From assembly GCF_009914755.1 (NCBI RefSeq), contig NC_060929.1: DNA of 64,000 nucleotides, one strand, 5' to 3'. Origin of the DNA: the human T2T-CHM13v2.0 reference genome, Homo sapiens. Below, piece by piece: positions 12,191 to 26,527 of this stretch (its first letter is position 1; the number at the start of each line of letters is the position of its first letter). Both the position numbers and the translations under genes were made by a program. Under the pieces are notes generated by a model. That model had not been told where the DNA came from and made no database searches. It was given only the letters and a program-made list of their open reading frames with translations.

Positions 12191-13021
12191 TTGTGCATCT
12201 TCTCAAGAGCCAGCTCTGATCAGTTGGTAGTGACTGCTTAGAGCACTGGGTTCATTCATTCATTTGCTCAACAATACTTCCTTATTTAATGTGCCTATGT
12301 TTTAGATTTTGTGGCAAAAATTACAATTATTTATTAGCTTTGTTTTCCGTGCATAGAGAGTTACAGCATTAGGACTGTGTATTTGCCATCCATGAGCTAT
12401 GTCTTAAAAATACAAAAACGAATAAAGAATATTCTACCTGTAAGGCTCATACATGCATGGAGTCCACAGTTTTGCAGTAACCTGTTAAAGTTGGCACTAT
12501 GATGCCTTTTAAACAGATGTTAAAGGGATGTTAAGAAACACGGTAGCGATCACTCAGCTAGTGAGCTATAGAACAGTGATTTCAGCCCATGTCTCTTGCT
12601 TATAAATCCAAGACCTTTACACTGCACCCAAGCTGCTTTTAATAATAATGATTTATGGTACAGAGTTGTGGTTTGAACTGTAGTGTAAACCAGAGGTCAA
12701 TGACCTTTAAAAAGTGGCTTGCCAAAATTCCAGTCTTTTTCCTTTTGACATGCCTGGACAAGGTCAGAATTGGAGCAGATCACGACAAGCTTGTCCCTAA
12801 AGGGTGTGGGAAACAGGGTTGTTGAGCTTATGCCGTGTGTGTGCATGTGTGTGTATGTTTGTGGGTGGGTGTGTAACCCTACTGAAGCCAGGACTCACAT
12901 AGGCCAGTCTCAGAGCTATGTTGCAATCAAAGGACTTAGTTAAAAACCCCAAAACGTCAATTCAAAACAACTCAAGTTCTTTATTAGAATTGCTCCAACA
13001 TTTTAAAAAAACATTAAACCC

Positions 13022-14507
13022 AATTTTATTTTGGAAAACTGTGCATATTTAATATATACAACTTGATGAGTTTGGGGATAAGTATACACCTGTGTAACCA
13101 TCACCATCATTAAGGCCATAAACATATCCCTTCCCTCCTCAAGTTTCCTCTTGCCCTTTCCTCCTTCTCTTTCATCTTTGTCATCTCCTCTTTCTTCTTT
13201 TTCTTTATATCCTTTTTCTTCCCCTCCTGCTCTTTTCTCTCTTCTTTAAATTTTTTGGGATAAGAGTACTTAACATAAGATCTATCCTCTTAGCAAATTT
13301 TAAGCATGTAGTACCATATTGGTAGCTATAGCCACTATCCTGTACAGTAGATCTCCAGAACTTATTTATCTGACATAACTGAAACCGTGTGCACTTTTAC
13401 CATCACCTTCCCATCTTCCCCTCCCCTCGGCCCCTCATAACCACTATTCTCTCTCTGCTTCTGTGAATTTGACTGTTTTAGATTCCACATATAAATAAGA
13501 TCGTACAGTATTTATGTTTCTGTGTCTGGCCTGTTTCACTTAGCGTAATGTCCTCCAGGTTCATCCATGTTGCTACAGATGGCACCTGAATAATATTCCA
13601 TTGTACGTATGTGCCACATTTTCTTTATCCTTTCATGTACCGGTGGACGTTTAGGATGTTTCCGTATCTTGACTATTATGAATAATGTTGCAATGAACAT
13701 GGGAGTGCAGGTATCTTCTTGAGATGCTGTTTGCCTCTCCTTTGGATATATACCCATAAGTGGGATTGCTGGATCATATGGAAGTTCCACTTTTACTTTT
13801 TTGAGGAGCCTCCATACTGTTTTCCATAATGGCTGTACTAACTTACATTCCCATCAACAGTGCACCAGGGTTCCCTTTTCTTCACATCCTCACTATTTGT
13901 TATATTTCTTATTTTGTAAATAATAGTCATGCTAAAAATGTGAGGTAATATCTCACTGTGCTTTTGATTTGCAGTTCCCTGATGATGGTGAATGTCGAGT
14001 ATCTTTTCATAGAACTATTGGCCGTTAGTATGTCTTCTTTGAAAATATGTCCATTCAGATCCTTTGCCCATTTTTAAATTGGGTTATTTGCTTTTTGGCT
14101 ATTGTTTGAGTTCCTTATATATTTTGGATTATTAATCCTTTATCAGATATATGGTTTGCAAATATTTTCTTCCATTCTGTAGGTTGCCTTTTCATTTTGC
14201 TGATTGTTTCCTTGGCTGTCCAGAGGCTTTTAGCTTGATATAATCCCACTGTTTATTTTTATTTTTATTTTTATTTTTGCCTGTGCTTTTGGTGTCATAT
14301 CCAAAAGATCATTGCCAGGACCAGTGTCAAAGACTTTTCCCCTATGCTTTCTTCTAGGAGTTTTATAGTTTCAAGTCTTAACATTTAAAATTTTGACCCA
14401 TTTAAAGTTAAATTTTTTTTGTATGGTATAAGCTAAGGGTCCAATTTCATTCTTTTGCATGTAGACATCCAGTTTTTCCAGCACCATTTATTGGAGAGTC
14501 TGTTTCC
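13022..14507 (-). mobile_element. L1MA9/10-like 3' 1.5 kb
   Basis: ORF 13536-13790 ([39 protein letters not shown]) is L1 ORF2; 3'UTR acttaacataagatcta..tgtacagtagatctccagaactt. Confidence 0.93.
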
Positions 14508-14889
14508 CAAACATTAGGAAGGGGATACGTCTGCCACAAAAGCTCTTTTAAAAAATACCCTCTTCTCTAATCATCTAATTCCTTCATTCCTTGTGGCTTC
14601 TCCTTTTCTAGAATTTTATAAAATTCCCAGAACATGACATCTTCATTCTAGCCTTTGTTCATCTATCCCTGCTGCCTTATGTCATGAAGTCTAAGGAACT
14701 AGTCTGATTTTAGCAGAATTTGTCCCAAAGAGCTGGAGAGAGGAAGAAACCTAGTGAACAAAGCTAGAAACATTTTGGGGACAAAGAGGAATAGAAAAAC
14801 CTGGAAATAGTAGATGCATAGTTATACCTACAGCTCTATCTGTATCTATTTCTATACTTTCTATCATCTATATTGATCTTTATCTCTCT

Positions 14890-15066
14890 ACTGAGGAGGA
14901 CACAGCTGAGAATCAAGGAAAACAGAGCTGGAGCCCTGATGGTACCACACCCAAATCCTGCATCACTTCCGAATTTCACCTTGCCTGAGCCAGTGACATT
15001 CCTTATTGTTTAAGCCAGTTTGAGTCAGATGTGTATCACTTGCAGCTGAAAGGATTCTAACTATTC
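14890..15066 (+). mobile_element. MLT1 (MaLR LTR) 3' fragment
   Basis: ttccttattgtttaagccagtttgagtcag..tcacttgcagctgaaag..ctaacta. Confidence 0.75.
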
Positions 15067-15249
15067 CAAGGTATAATTCCAATCAGGTCTGGCCTCTTAC
15101 CTCTGTTCCCTACCTATCTTTTTCAAAGTCTTTCCCTATTTGTGCCTTCCCTGTGATTATACCCTTCCTTCTCTCTGCAATATATTTTTTTCTGGACTTT
15201 GCTTTCTTCCTATTTTTAGAAGCTGCCCTCATCTGAGAGAGAATGTGAT

Positions 15250-15602
15250 GTGCAGCTTCAATTACATTTTTTCCACGACGGACATGCCTTTCCTCCTATC
15301 TTTCAATACACTGGCTTATCCTCACTTGTCAGATCTACAGGGAGGCTCTTTGAGCACCCAATGTGACTGTGTTCTCTGACAAGCTTTTCTATTCCATGAC
15401 TTTGTCTTCTTGCCTTCACAGCACTCATCATCAACCAATGACGGTACTAATTCATTTGTTTATGCATTTATTATCCATTTCTCTGCCCATTTTCTCATAC
15501 ACACTAGATTCTGAGTTCAAAGAGAACTGTCTTGTTTACCCTGTCACCTGGAATATAGTAGTTGCCCAGTAAATATTTGTTGGTAAAATGAATGAATGAA
15601 TG
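15250..15602 (+). mobile_element. L2 3' end
   Basis: actagattctgagttc..cagtaaatatttgttgg..aatgaatgaatgaatga. Confidence 0.75.
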
Positions 15603-15680
15603 ATACAAGCTTAATGTGTTAAATCTCTCAGAACTTCTTGCAGCGTTATAGGTAATAATGCCTTGACCCAAAGGAATTTC

Positions 15681-16271
15681 TTTTTTTCTTTTTTAAATAA
15701 ATACAAGTTTTTTTTTTACTGCATTTTTATTTTATTCAAGCACTTTTTCCATTAACAAATTTTTTAAAAAAATTTTGTTTTACGTTCCAGGATACATACG
15801 CAGGATGTGCAATTTTGTTACATAGGTAAACGTATACCATGGTGGTTTGCTGCACCTATCAACCCCTCACCTAGGTGTTAAGCCCAGCATGCACTAGCTA
15901 TTTTTCCTCATGCTCTTCCTCCCTAACCTCCACCCCCATCAACAGGCCCCAGTGTGTGTTGTTCCCCTCCCTGTGTCCATGTGTTCTCATTGTTCAGCCC
16001 CCACTTATAAGTGAAACTTATGCAGTGTTTGGTTTTCTGTTCCTTCGTTAGTTTGCTGAGGATAATGGCTCTCAGCTCCATCCATGTTCCTGCAAAGGAC
16101 GTGAACTCATTCCTTTTTATGGCTATATAGTATTCCATGGTTTATATGTACCACATTTTCTTTATCCAGTCAATCATTGATGGGCATTTGGGTTGATTCC
16201 ATGTCTTTGCTATTGTGAATAGTGCTGCAATAATCATACATGTGCATGTATTTTTGGAATAGAATGATTTA
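15681..16271 (-). mobile_element. 5'-truncated L1PA (L1PA8-10-like) with about 90 bp of extra 3' sequence inside the TSD
   Basis: ORF2 tail peptides (ORFs 15923-16138 and 16142-16345); L1PA 3'UTR; TSD TGACCCAAAGGAATTTCT (15664) / TGACCCCAAAGAATTTCT (16272). Confidence 0.93.
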
Positions 16272-16777
16272 TGACCCCAAAGAATTTCTAATATTGAGAT
16301 ATTAGGCACTGGTATCAGGACCATGGGGAAGATATTTTTGGTCATGGGACCTTCTTGGTAAACCTTTCATCAAATAGGCAGGTAGTGGAAGGATCTTGTT
16401 AGCGGTATACCTAGATTGATGTTAGTGTTTGTTGTACCTACACGAACCTCAAGAAGTTAGGACACCCTGCAGCTGTAGGCGGCTATTTTATGCATTCACA
16501 TTCCTTGAAGAAAGATCCACAGCTTTTATCAGATACTTTTGGACTCCATGACCTTCCAGATTTTAAGAACTCCAGCCCTCAGTTACACTTGTATCCAGGA
16601 TCTTTAATTAAGTTTCCTTAGGAGTCACAACTCCCTGGATTTTCAAAGGCGTTAGAACAATGATAGCTGGTGCGGTAGGTGGATGAGTCTTCTTGTCCCC
16701 CTTTTTTGTGTTCCTGCAAGTTGTTTATTATGTACTCCTGGTATTTGCATTTTGGCTTTTTCAAAATAGAAACTTAA

Positions 16778-17083
<306 letters not shown>

Positions 17084-17247
17084 TAATAATTACACACACA
17101 AACACACATATACATTTGTTGTTAAGAAACAACAAACCTATAACATTGCAAGTTTAAAGTAAAATTGTCCTTCTAATTCCATGCTGCAGAAATTAGTCCT
17201 AATACTCTGGTATAAATACTTTCTAACATCAACTGCAAAAATAATAA

Positions 17248-17600
<353 letters not shown>

Positions 17601-17808
17601 TAATAAAAATGGATGAGAAAGATATTCCTGTTGAATGACAATGAAATAATGCTTATTTTTGTGGTTACTTGTGTTTTTCAATATCGAGTGCAGTCAGGCA
17701 GTGACATGGAACTATAATTGCAACAATGGTTAACATTAAAGTGCTTACTGCCATCATGCTAAGTATTTTACTTGCTTAGCTTTAAGCCTTGTGAGAACTC
17801 TGTGATTC

Positions 17809-18127
17809 TATTATTATTATTATTATTATTATTAATTAATTTATTTTTTGAGATGGAGTTTCACTCTTTCGCTTAGGCTGGAGTGCAGTGGTGCGATCTC
17901 AGCTCACTGCAACCTCTGCTTCTGGGTTAAGTGATTCTCCTGCCTCAGCCTCCCGAGTAGCTGGGATTACAGGCGCCTGCCACCACGCCTGGGTAATTTT
18001 TGTATTTTTAGTAGAGACGGGGTTTCACCATGTTGGCTAGGCTGGTCTCGAACTCCTGACCACATGATCCACCCACCTTGGCCTCCCAAAGTGCTGGGAT
18101 TACAGGCGTGAGCCACCGCGCCCAGCC
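17809..18127 (-). mobile_element. AluS with (TTA)n tail, inserted in a minus-strand MIR (about 17725-18240)
   Basis: Full dimer; MIR halves aagtgcttact..ctaagtatttta on the left and agaaatgaatgaacttgc..gtaagtggcaga on the right. Confidence 0.95.
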
Positions 18128-19499
18128 CCGGCTACTATTATATTATTTAGCAGATCAGGAAGCTGCAGAGAAATGAATGAACTTGCTTGAGGTAAGTGGC
18201 AGATCCCAGACTTTCTGGCAGAAAAGCCCACTCTCTTGGATTCTGACTCCAGCTCTCGTAGAAGGAACCAAGGTAATAGAGGAGTAGTGTTGGAAGAGAA
18301 AGAGGCAGTATTTGCTCCTCCCTGGGCTCTTTCTTGTGTAAGGTCATCAAATATAGTCTTGGTAACCTTACTCCTGTCCCTATCCCCCATCCTCTGTCAC
18401 TCGAGGAGGGAGCGAATTGAACTTAATGAAAATTATATTAATCCAGCTTCCTCAAAATGGCTGTCCAAAAAAACTCAGAAGGGGCTACAAAAATTGAACT
18501 GTGCCTCTCTGAAATTCTCATATCAAATTACTTTTAAAATAACTATGTTAATGCCTCCCCTGGCACAGGAACTTTCTGAGCAGGAGTGGGACCTGCAGCT
18601 AGCTCAGGGAGAAGGAAGTTAATGATGTGTTATGGTAGCCGGTGGAAGCTGGGACTTCTACTCAGATTATTAATGGTAGTAAGAAGGATGATGATAAATG
18701 AAGTATATTTGTTAGATTTCAACAAGGTCCTGATTACAATATGAACACACAGGAAGACATCCTGTTTCAAACAAAGCCACTGGTGTGTGAATGGTGATCA
18801 CTGATTGACTACACTTCTAGTCTGAGTAAATGGAAACAGCTTCCTGTTATCTTCTTTGGGAAGACAGGTGAGCAGTCTAACTCCATGCTGAGAGCTTCAA
18901 AAATAAAAGGTAGTCTGTCAAAATGCCATTCTTTTGCAGCTAAAGTCCTGGGAGTTTAAGTATGAATCTGAGAATTTCCTAACTTATAGGATCTTAGAAA
19001 GTATCTTGTCCAGGTCCTTCATTTGCAGATAAGTAATCTGAGGCCAAAAAGCCATCCACTATGTACCTTTTCATCTATTCAATGCTTCCTCCCTAGCATA
19101 TAGGGTATAAATTGCCTTGGACCATTGCTTCCATGGAAAACTATGCATGGTTTAGAGAACAGCTTTGCAAGTTGTTTGATTTGAGATTTTTACGGCCGTT
19201 GAATTATTTTATTACTCTGTAACTTATAGGTAACAAATAGCAAAGCAAAACAGTTCTGTTCAGTGAAGAGACAATGCTTCTCTCCTGTGGAAAAGTCAGT
19301 TTTACATCCATTCCCACATTCATTTCAACATTATTTTACTCCATATACATTTGAGTGTCTTTGGCACCTGCTTTGAACTGGTTATGTTATCTGCCTGGTT
19401 CACTCACTTCAGTAATGTATTAAATAATAAATAAAAAATTTAATGTTGTTATTTTATATGTGTATGAGTCATGATTTTAACCTTACTTGGTGGAAATGA

Positions 19500-19980
19500 T
19501 TAAAACTATCATCTTCATGTTTTTGGACATCAAAGAACCATCTTTTACTTAATAACTTTGAAACTGATTAATTTAAAAATTCTTAATTTATTTTAGGACA
19601 TTTGATATCTGTACCATAAATGGAAACCATTTGCCATAAATAGAAGTTAAATATAAAAATAGATGCAATAAAAATAACATAATGTTATTGAGTTCTAACT
19701 AGAAACTGTGGTTTCTGGAAGGCCTCTGAATGCAAGGCCTTCTTTATCTCTGTTATAAAGAGATTTTAATAGGAATTGGAGGTCATTAAGGACACACTAG
19801 TAGCAAAGTGAGTCTTTCTCGTTGTGGAGGTCTAGTCAGAAAGATTGAAAGAAAATGGAAAATGAAATAAACTATTTTACGATGAGGCTCAATGTTATTG
19901 AGTGCCATATCCGTGCATCATCCAAAATCAACTCTCATATCACTTAAAATAATCTTGAGTGTACAGGGAGTACTGCTTTA
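19500..19980 (-). mobile_element. Charlie4a/MER80-like hAT DNA transposon fragment
   Basis: accataaatggaaacca..ttgccataaatagaag..aatgttattgagttctaactag..gaaagattgaaaga..tcaatgttatt match the recalled Charlie4a consensus (reverse). Confidence 0.75.
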
Positions 19981-20389
19981 GATAATTAGCTTTTTGCTAA
20001 TTTTGTAGATCTTCATGGCTTGCTTCATCCACTGTAGCACATGATAAAAAGTTGTTTATAGTTAAGAATTAGAATGCATTTTATAGTAGCATCCTTTTAT
20101 GCAAAACCTTAACTAGCAAGAACATATCCATAAAATTGAAAATGGAAGTTTTCCAAGTTGCTGTGACAAAGGTCTGGCATTTGTTTTTCTGCAGGTCTAG
20201 CTACTTTTATGCCTTTACTCAGGTATGGCCAATTTAAAATAAAGGCAGATTAAAAAGAAGATTCCACTGACATCAGGGTGACAACTAAAGGCAAAGGGAG
20301 GAGACTTGTAAAAACAGAGTAGTCTGGACCATAGAATACAGGAGCAGACAGCTCTATGAACCCCTAGACCCCACCATCGTTTCAGCGGC

Positions 20390-21030
20390 AACTATCTAGA
20401 ATGACTCTCAGATCTTTAATTTCAGTTCAGAGCTCTTTCCTCAGCTCCTGCTTTTTATAATTTATAACCTGGGAGACATCTTCATTGTGGGAACCCCATA
20501 GATGTCAACAACCCAAGAGGCCCATGTTCTTCCTCTTGAGCTTCTTAGCTCAGTGAATGATGTATCTATACTACTAGTTGCCCAAGTCAGGGAACTGATT
20601 CTCACATCCCTTCCATTACATTCAATTAATTATCAGGTCCTTTGGAGTCCATTGCTTTAAAAATTTTAAATGTGTTAACTTCTTTCCATTATTGCCATCA
20701 TTTATATTGTCATCTTCTCTCATCTAGACATCTTCAACAACTTCCTAACTGGTCTCTCTGACTTTAGGTTTCCTCCTCTAGCTCAAATCTATTCTACATA
20801 TTCCTGCGAATAGATTTCATGAAATGAAAAACCTGCCTGAAAGTTTAATGTGGCCTTGTATTGCACCTCAGAATGAAGTCTGAATTGCTTATGGAAGTCT
20901 ATATGTTTGTATGGTCTCACTCTGCTTCCTTCACTAGTCTTTAATAGCTGGCCATCCTTCTCCTAAGCACCTACACTTTATCCGTCAGCCTCAGCACCCA
21001 CTGACTCAGTTGCATGCCTGTTATAATAAA
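20390..21030 (+). mobile_element. L2 fragment
   Basis: atgactctcagatct..ctcagtgaatg..tagttgcccaagtcag..cttcctaactggtctc. Confidence 0.75.
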
Positions 21031-21182
21031 TAAATGACTCATGATTCAGTCTAAGGCTAGTTCCTTCACTTGTTCCCTAGACCCCATGCCCTCTTGCCTA
21101 CTTTTCCTCTTTACTGGATCATTTCCATCAGCATTCAAACATGTTGTTATTTTTCGAATCTTAACAAAAAATCTTAAAAAAA

Positions 21183-21468
21183 TTGTTTTTGGTACAGGGT
21201 CTCACTCTGTTGAGGCTGGAGTGTAGTGAGTGCTCTGATCACAGCTCACTGCAGCCTCAACCTCCCTGGGCTCAGGCTCTCACCTCAGTCTCCCCAGTAG
21301 CTGTGGCCACAGGTGTGCACCACTATGACTGGTTAGTTCTTTGTATTTTTTATATAGATGGAGTTTCATCAAGTTGCCCAGGCTGGTCTTGAACTCCTGG
21401 CCTCGAGACCTGCCCACCTCAGCCTCCCAAAGTGTTGGGATTACAGGTGTGAGCCACCGTACTTGGCC
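21183..21468 (-). mobile_element. AluJ
   Basis: acagggtctcactctgtt..gatcacagctcactgcagcctc..cccaaagtgttgggattacagg. Confidence 0.93.
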
Positions 21469-21734
21469 GAAAAACAAACAAACAAACAAAGAACAAACCT
21501 ATTGATTTCACTTTTCATGCCAATTACAACTTTATCTCTGTTTCCTTTGTTCTCTTTATTTTCTCCCCTTCCTTTCTCTTTTAAACCCTGCCTGATCAGA
21601 CTTTTGCCCGTATATCAATCCATCAAAATTGTTTCTAAGTTCACCAAGCAGCCTCTACGTTGCTTAATTTAATGGTAAACTTTGATGACTCATGTTCTGT
21701 GACCTATTGACCATTATTGGTGTCCTCCTCCTGC

Positions 21735-22061
21735 TTTTTTGTTTGTTTGTTTGTTTGTTTCATTTTGTTTTTTTGAGACAGTGTCTCGCTCTGTCACCCA
21801 GGCTGGAGTGCACTGGGGCAATCTTGGCCCACTGCAGCCTCTGCCCCCTGGGCCCAGGTAATTCTCCCACCTCAGCCTTGCAAGTATTAATAGCTGGGAC
21901 TACATGCATGGGCGAACACACCGGCTAATTTTTGTATTTTCTGTAGAGAGGGGGTTTCACCGTGTTTTCCAGGCTGGTCTCAAACTTCTAGGCTCAAGCA
22001 ATCCATCTGCCTTGGCCTCCGAAAGTGCTAGGATTACAGGCGTGAGCCACCACACCTGGCC
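21735..22061 (-). mobile_element. AluJ with (TTTG)n tail
   Basis: Full dimer; ggctcaagcaatcc diagnostic. Confidence 0.93.
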
Positions 22062-24189
22062 AGTTCCTCATTCTGTGATACTCATTCTTCCCTTGGCTTC
22101 CAGAACACCATATGCTTGCCTGGTTTTTCTCTTACCTCACTGGTTGTCCCTTCCAAATCTGCTTTGTAGCTTCTTTTCTTCCTGACCTCTCATGGTAAGA
22201 GTGCCCTGGGGCTCTGTCCTTAGACTTCTTCCTTCTTCTATCTACATTCACTCCCTTGGAAAGTTCGGCTAGTTGCCTGACTTTGTATGCCATTTATGTG
22301 CTGATGATTTTTAAGTATATATCTTCAACGTGACTTCCCTCCTGAACCTCAGACTCATATGTTCTACAGCCTACTCAGCTTCTTTATTGGGATACCTCAT
22401 AGATATCTCAAGCTCAACTTGAATTCCAGATCTTCCTTTCTACTGCACTCCGAACCTGCTTAACCCACAGCCTTTCCCTTCTCAACTGATAGCATCCTCA
22501 TCCTTCCACGTCTGTAAGCCCAAATCTTGGAGACATGCTTAAATTCTTTTTCTCTCACATTTGCAACCAATCTGTCAGGAAATACTGTGGACTTGGCCTT
22601 CAAAATGTATCCAGTATGCAATTATGTCTCCCCACCTCCATTGCTACCACTCTAGCCACTATCATCTCTAGCTTGGCTTACTGTCAAAGCCTCCTAACAA
22701 GTCTCTCTGTAGCCACCCACCTTAGGGTCTTTGCAGCCTGCTTTTATCTGCCTGGAATGCCTGCTGCTCAGATATCTGCCTGGCGATCTCCTTTATTTCC
22801 TTTAAACCTTTGCTAAATGTCACCTTCTCCATGAGGCCCACCTGTCCACCTTGGTTTAAAACAATAACCCTCTCCCCTCCCCTAGGCTGGCTGTGGCACT
22901 CCCTATCCCCTTTACTTCCTGTTTTCTTTTCCTTAGCACTTAGCACCTTCTTACACATTGCATACTAATTCATTTATCATGCTTGTTGCTCATAATGGGA
23001 TAGTGTGTGGGATATATATGCTGTCCCTGCGATCAGCCTGACTCACGGAGGGGATGCCTTGCTCAAACGGACAATGGATGACGGGCTTGGGCTTGTGTTC
23101 CTCTTATCTTCTAGTCTATGGTCCCAGGATTTGGGAGGCTCCAGATCCCCTGGATACCCCGAGAATGGGTCAGGATAGTAAGTCTGGGAATCCATGTTCT
23201 GATTCATTCGTCTCCTGATTCATTGGGTAGCCTTAGATGACTTCCTTGACTTCTCAGGATTTATTTTCCCAGTGTAAGAATTCCTTTGTTAGGTAAATCT
23301 CTCTCAATCTTGAGAACATAAGCTTCCCTTCTGTTCTCATGTTGATAAGCAAATTCAAGAAAATATGACATTTCAATAAATATAGCATAGCAGAGACAAG
23401 CATAGACTCTATTATCAGGATGCTTGGGTTCTAATCCTGGAACTACCACTTAGGTCATTAGCTTCATCCTTTCTCCATCAGTTTTCCTATCTGTAAAATA
23501 AGCACAATAACAATACCTATTGCCAGGAGATAGACTGCCTTATTTTGGTGTGTATGGGTTGGGAGTGGAAGGATATAGGTGGAGACATTGAGGGAAGACC
23601 TCAACAAAGATTCCTTTCTTTTCTCGAAGGATCTGTGTCACTGGGAAAGTAGGGACAGCTACTCTTATCCATTGATAAAATGAGTTAGTTTGGGATTGAC
23701 TAATTGGTGGACCCTGCTCAGTAAATGCTAGCTGAATGAGTAAATGAATGAATGTATCTGAAAAACAATACTGTACCTGTATCCTAGGACCCTGTGAAGT
23801 TGAATTAAATATCTAGGTAGGAGAGAAATTTGAATTTATATAGCCCCTTTTCTCTAAGTATATCAAAGCACATACAGTCAATTCCTGGTTTATGTATGTG
23901 TGGTTAGCTATGGTAGATTTTTAATGCCCTGCTGTCTTTGCAATGCATGTCAATTTGGTTTTGGGCTCCCTCTCTTTGTTCTCAGGTTGGGGGTATCGGT
24001 AAAGACACAGTAAGGCAATGCAAACTCATTTTAGTAGCAGCTTAAAAATAACAATGAAGATAAAACTGGGGGTTTGAAAATATATACTGAGTTTTCCAAA
24101 GCAGAATGAAAATGAGTTTTATATTATCTACTCATTTGTATTGTTTACATACCACTTCCTTTCCCACAGTGTGAATAATTACTGTGGGG

Positions 24190-24625
24190 GAGTGGAAAGA
24201 AGATGGGATTTAGAATTGGATACATCTGGGTTTGAGCCTATGCTCCCCCATTTTATAGCTGTGTTCCATTAAGCAAATCCATTAGCATCACTGCACCTCC
24301 GTTTCCTTATCTGCAAGTATAGTTATAATCATGATGTGGATGATGCTGATGACTGTAATAGTAGTTATAATAACACCACCACCACCAGAGGAGGCATAGT
24401 TTGTAGGTGTTAAGAGTGAAGCTTCTGGGGTCAGATTTAGCTGGGTTCATCATAGCTCTGATGTGTTAGAGCTTAGACTTTTAACCTATTCAAGCCTCAG
24501 TTTCCTTATCCATAAAATAAACATCATCCTAATGACATGGAGCAATGTCATAAAACATGATTGAGTTACTGTAGGTAAAAAATTTAGCACACTGCCTGTG
24601 TATGCCATGGGGCAGAGTATATGGT
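24190..24625 (+). mobile_element. Two tandem MIRs
   Basis: ctgggtttgagcc..ctccgtttccttatctgcaa; gttaagagtgaagcttctggggtcaga..gcctcagtttccttatccataaaat. Confidence 0.75.
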
Positions 24626-25149
24626 CCATACATATTAGTATTTAAAAATCATACTCAGTTGAACTACTTACTTTATAGAGTTCTTGTAAGGACCAATGAA
24701 GGTGCTGAGTAAAATTAGGTAGTTTTATTGATATAATCCAGACATGACAACTTTGGATGTGTTGTAAGCATTATTCATCTAATAAATAATGTGCTTATAG
24801 ATACTCATAAACTTGCATTTTATGGCATCTCTCTGTAATTTTCCCACATGAGTCCGAGTGGTGGTAAATAGCTGGTGGCTGTGTTTTTGGTCAGAGCTAC
24901 AGCAATTTCAGAACCACATCCTTTGGTTTCCAGCAGGCAAAGAGTTAAAATTACATTTTATTGCCTTGTATGACCCAGGGCTGGAAAGGGCTGGTTGTAA
25001 ATGAATCCAAATTATATTTCCAGGAAGAGAATGTATAGGAAAAATATTAATGACAAAAGGGAACTTGGAGCCACAAACATTTTATAGCATCATGGGCTTA
25101 AGGGTCAGATTGCTTGATGCTTTTCCATCATGCCTGGGTTTATTTTAAA

Positions 25150-25642
25150 GATTTAAAAATATATAGCTCTTTATCATTTTTGTTAAGTTATTCTTAAGAA
25201 CTTTACATTTTTCATTTCTATTATAAATGGATCTTTCTTCAACATGACATCTTCTAACTGATTTTTGCTGACATATAGAAAAACTATTAATTTTGGTTTG
25301 TTTATCTTGTATCTTGATCCATGTTGAACTTCTTTATTAATTCAAATAGTTTTTTCAGTTGATTTCCTTGAATATTCCAGGAAGATAATATGACTATGAT
25401 TAATAATAACTTTGTCTTTTCCTTTCCGATAATTATTCAACATTTCTTTTTCTTATCTTACTGCATTGGCTAGGACTTCCTGAACAAATCTCAATGACAG
25501 CAGTGACAGTGGCATCTCTCCTAATTTTAATAAGGGTAGCTTTAGTGTTTCCCCATTATGTATGTTGGCTGTTTGTGTCTGATATACACTTTAAAAATCA
25601 TATTAAGAAAGTTTCCTTTGATTCCTAGCTTAATGAGAGTTT
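25150..25642 (-). mobile_element. Old L1M ORF2 fragment
   Basis: catatagaaa..gttgatttccttgaatattcca..gcattggctaggacttcc..gtgtttccccatta..ttcctagctt. Confidence 0.85.
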
Positions 25643-26527
25643 ACAATTTGATTTCTTTATATCCATTAGTAGAAGTCAGTGTTCTCATACGTTCAAACAA
25701 GGACCATTTTCCCATTCTCCCTGGCTTGTAAAACCAGGGATAGCAGGGAGTTGGGAAATTTGGATAAATCCTAAGCAGCCAAAATGCCTTGTATAGATTC
25801 TCCTGGGTCACGCCAACTAAAGGAACTTGAACTGAACTGATTAAATCAACCACTGAAAAAATGCATACTAATTTTTTGAACTCTCGAGCCAAACCCAAAT
25901 GTTATTTTTTAATTGAGTGATGAATCAAAGTCCTTTTCTCTCTTTTTAAAACTCCCTAGGAAATTAGTTCAAAGCAGTGCCAAAGCCATATATTTTTGAA
26001 TACTGTTAAAATGGAACAAAGTTATATGACTATAACCTGCTCTCTCTTTTTAAAAATATTCATTAATTTATGATGTCCCCAGTGACTATAATTTAACCAT
26101 GCTAGATGCATGTTGGGGTTACATAGCCCCTGCAATTCATCTGCAGTGCCAAATGTTGATTGGTTGTCAATTGGTCTAACAGATGAAGTGCATTTTTTTT
26201 TTTTTTTTAAAGTGCAAGCTCCATCCACAGTCTGGTTTCTTTCTTACATCTCACTTATTTCATTGGGTGACTCTGTTAAATTTCCCTTGAACATACTTTG
26301 TACTTCCTGCCCCTTTGCCTTTTTCCTGAATTGTTCCTCACTAAAAGGTCCTGTTGTTCCTCAACTACCTAATAGTAACCACCATTCCAGATGTAGTTCA
26401 AATCTCCCCTCCTTTAGAAATCTTTCTGTTATAACTTAATTTCCCTCTCCTTCCAAAGAGAGCCCTCAGCCCTTACTCTCTGATACTCTGATTTGGTAGA
26501 TAACATTCATGGTGTTGAATTTAGCTT

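Larger units (their letters stand above)
21040..22985 (+). mobile_element. L2a long fragment interrupted by two Alus
   Basis: cccttggcttccagaacacc..ttctatctacattcactcccttgg..atgtgctgatga..cctcctaacaagtctc..tgtcaccttctccatgaggcc..tagcacttagcacc. Confidence 0.85.

Noticed and set aside
24381-24396. CCACCAGAGGAGGCA as a CTCF site
   Set aside because: Mismatches fall in the core GGC and it lies at a MIR/low-complexity junction
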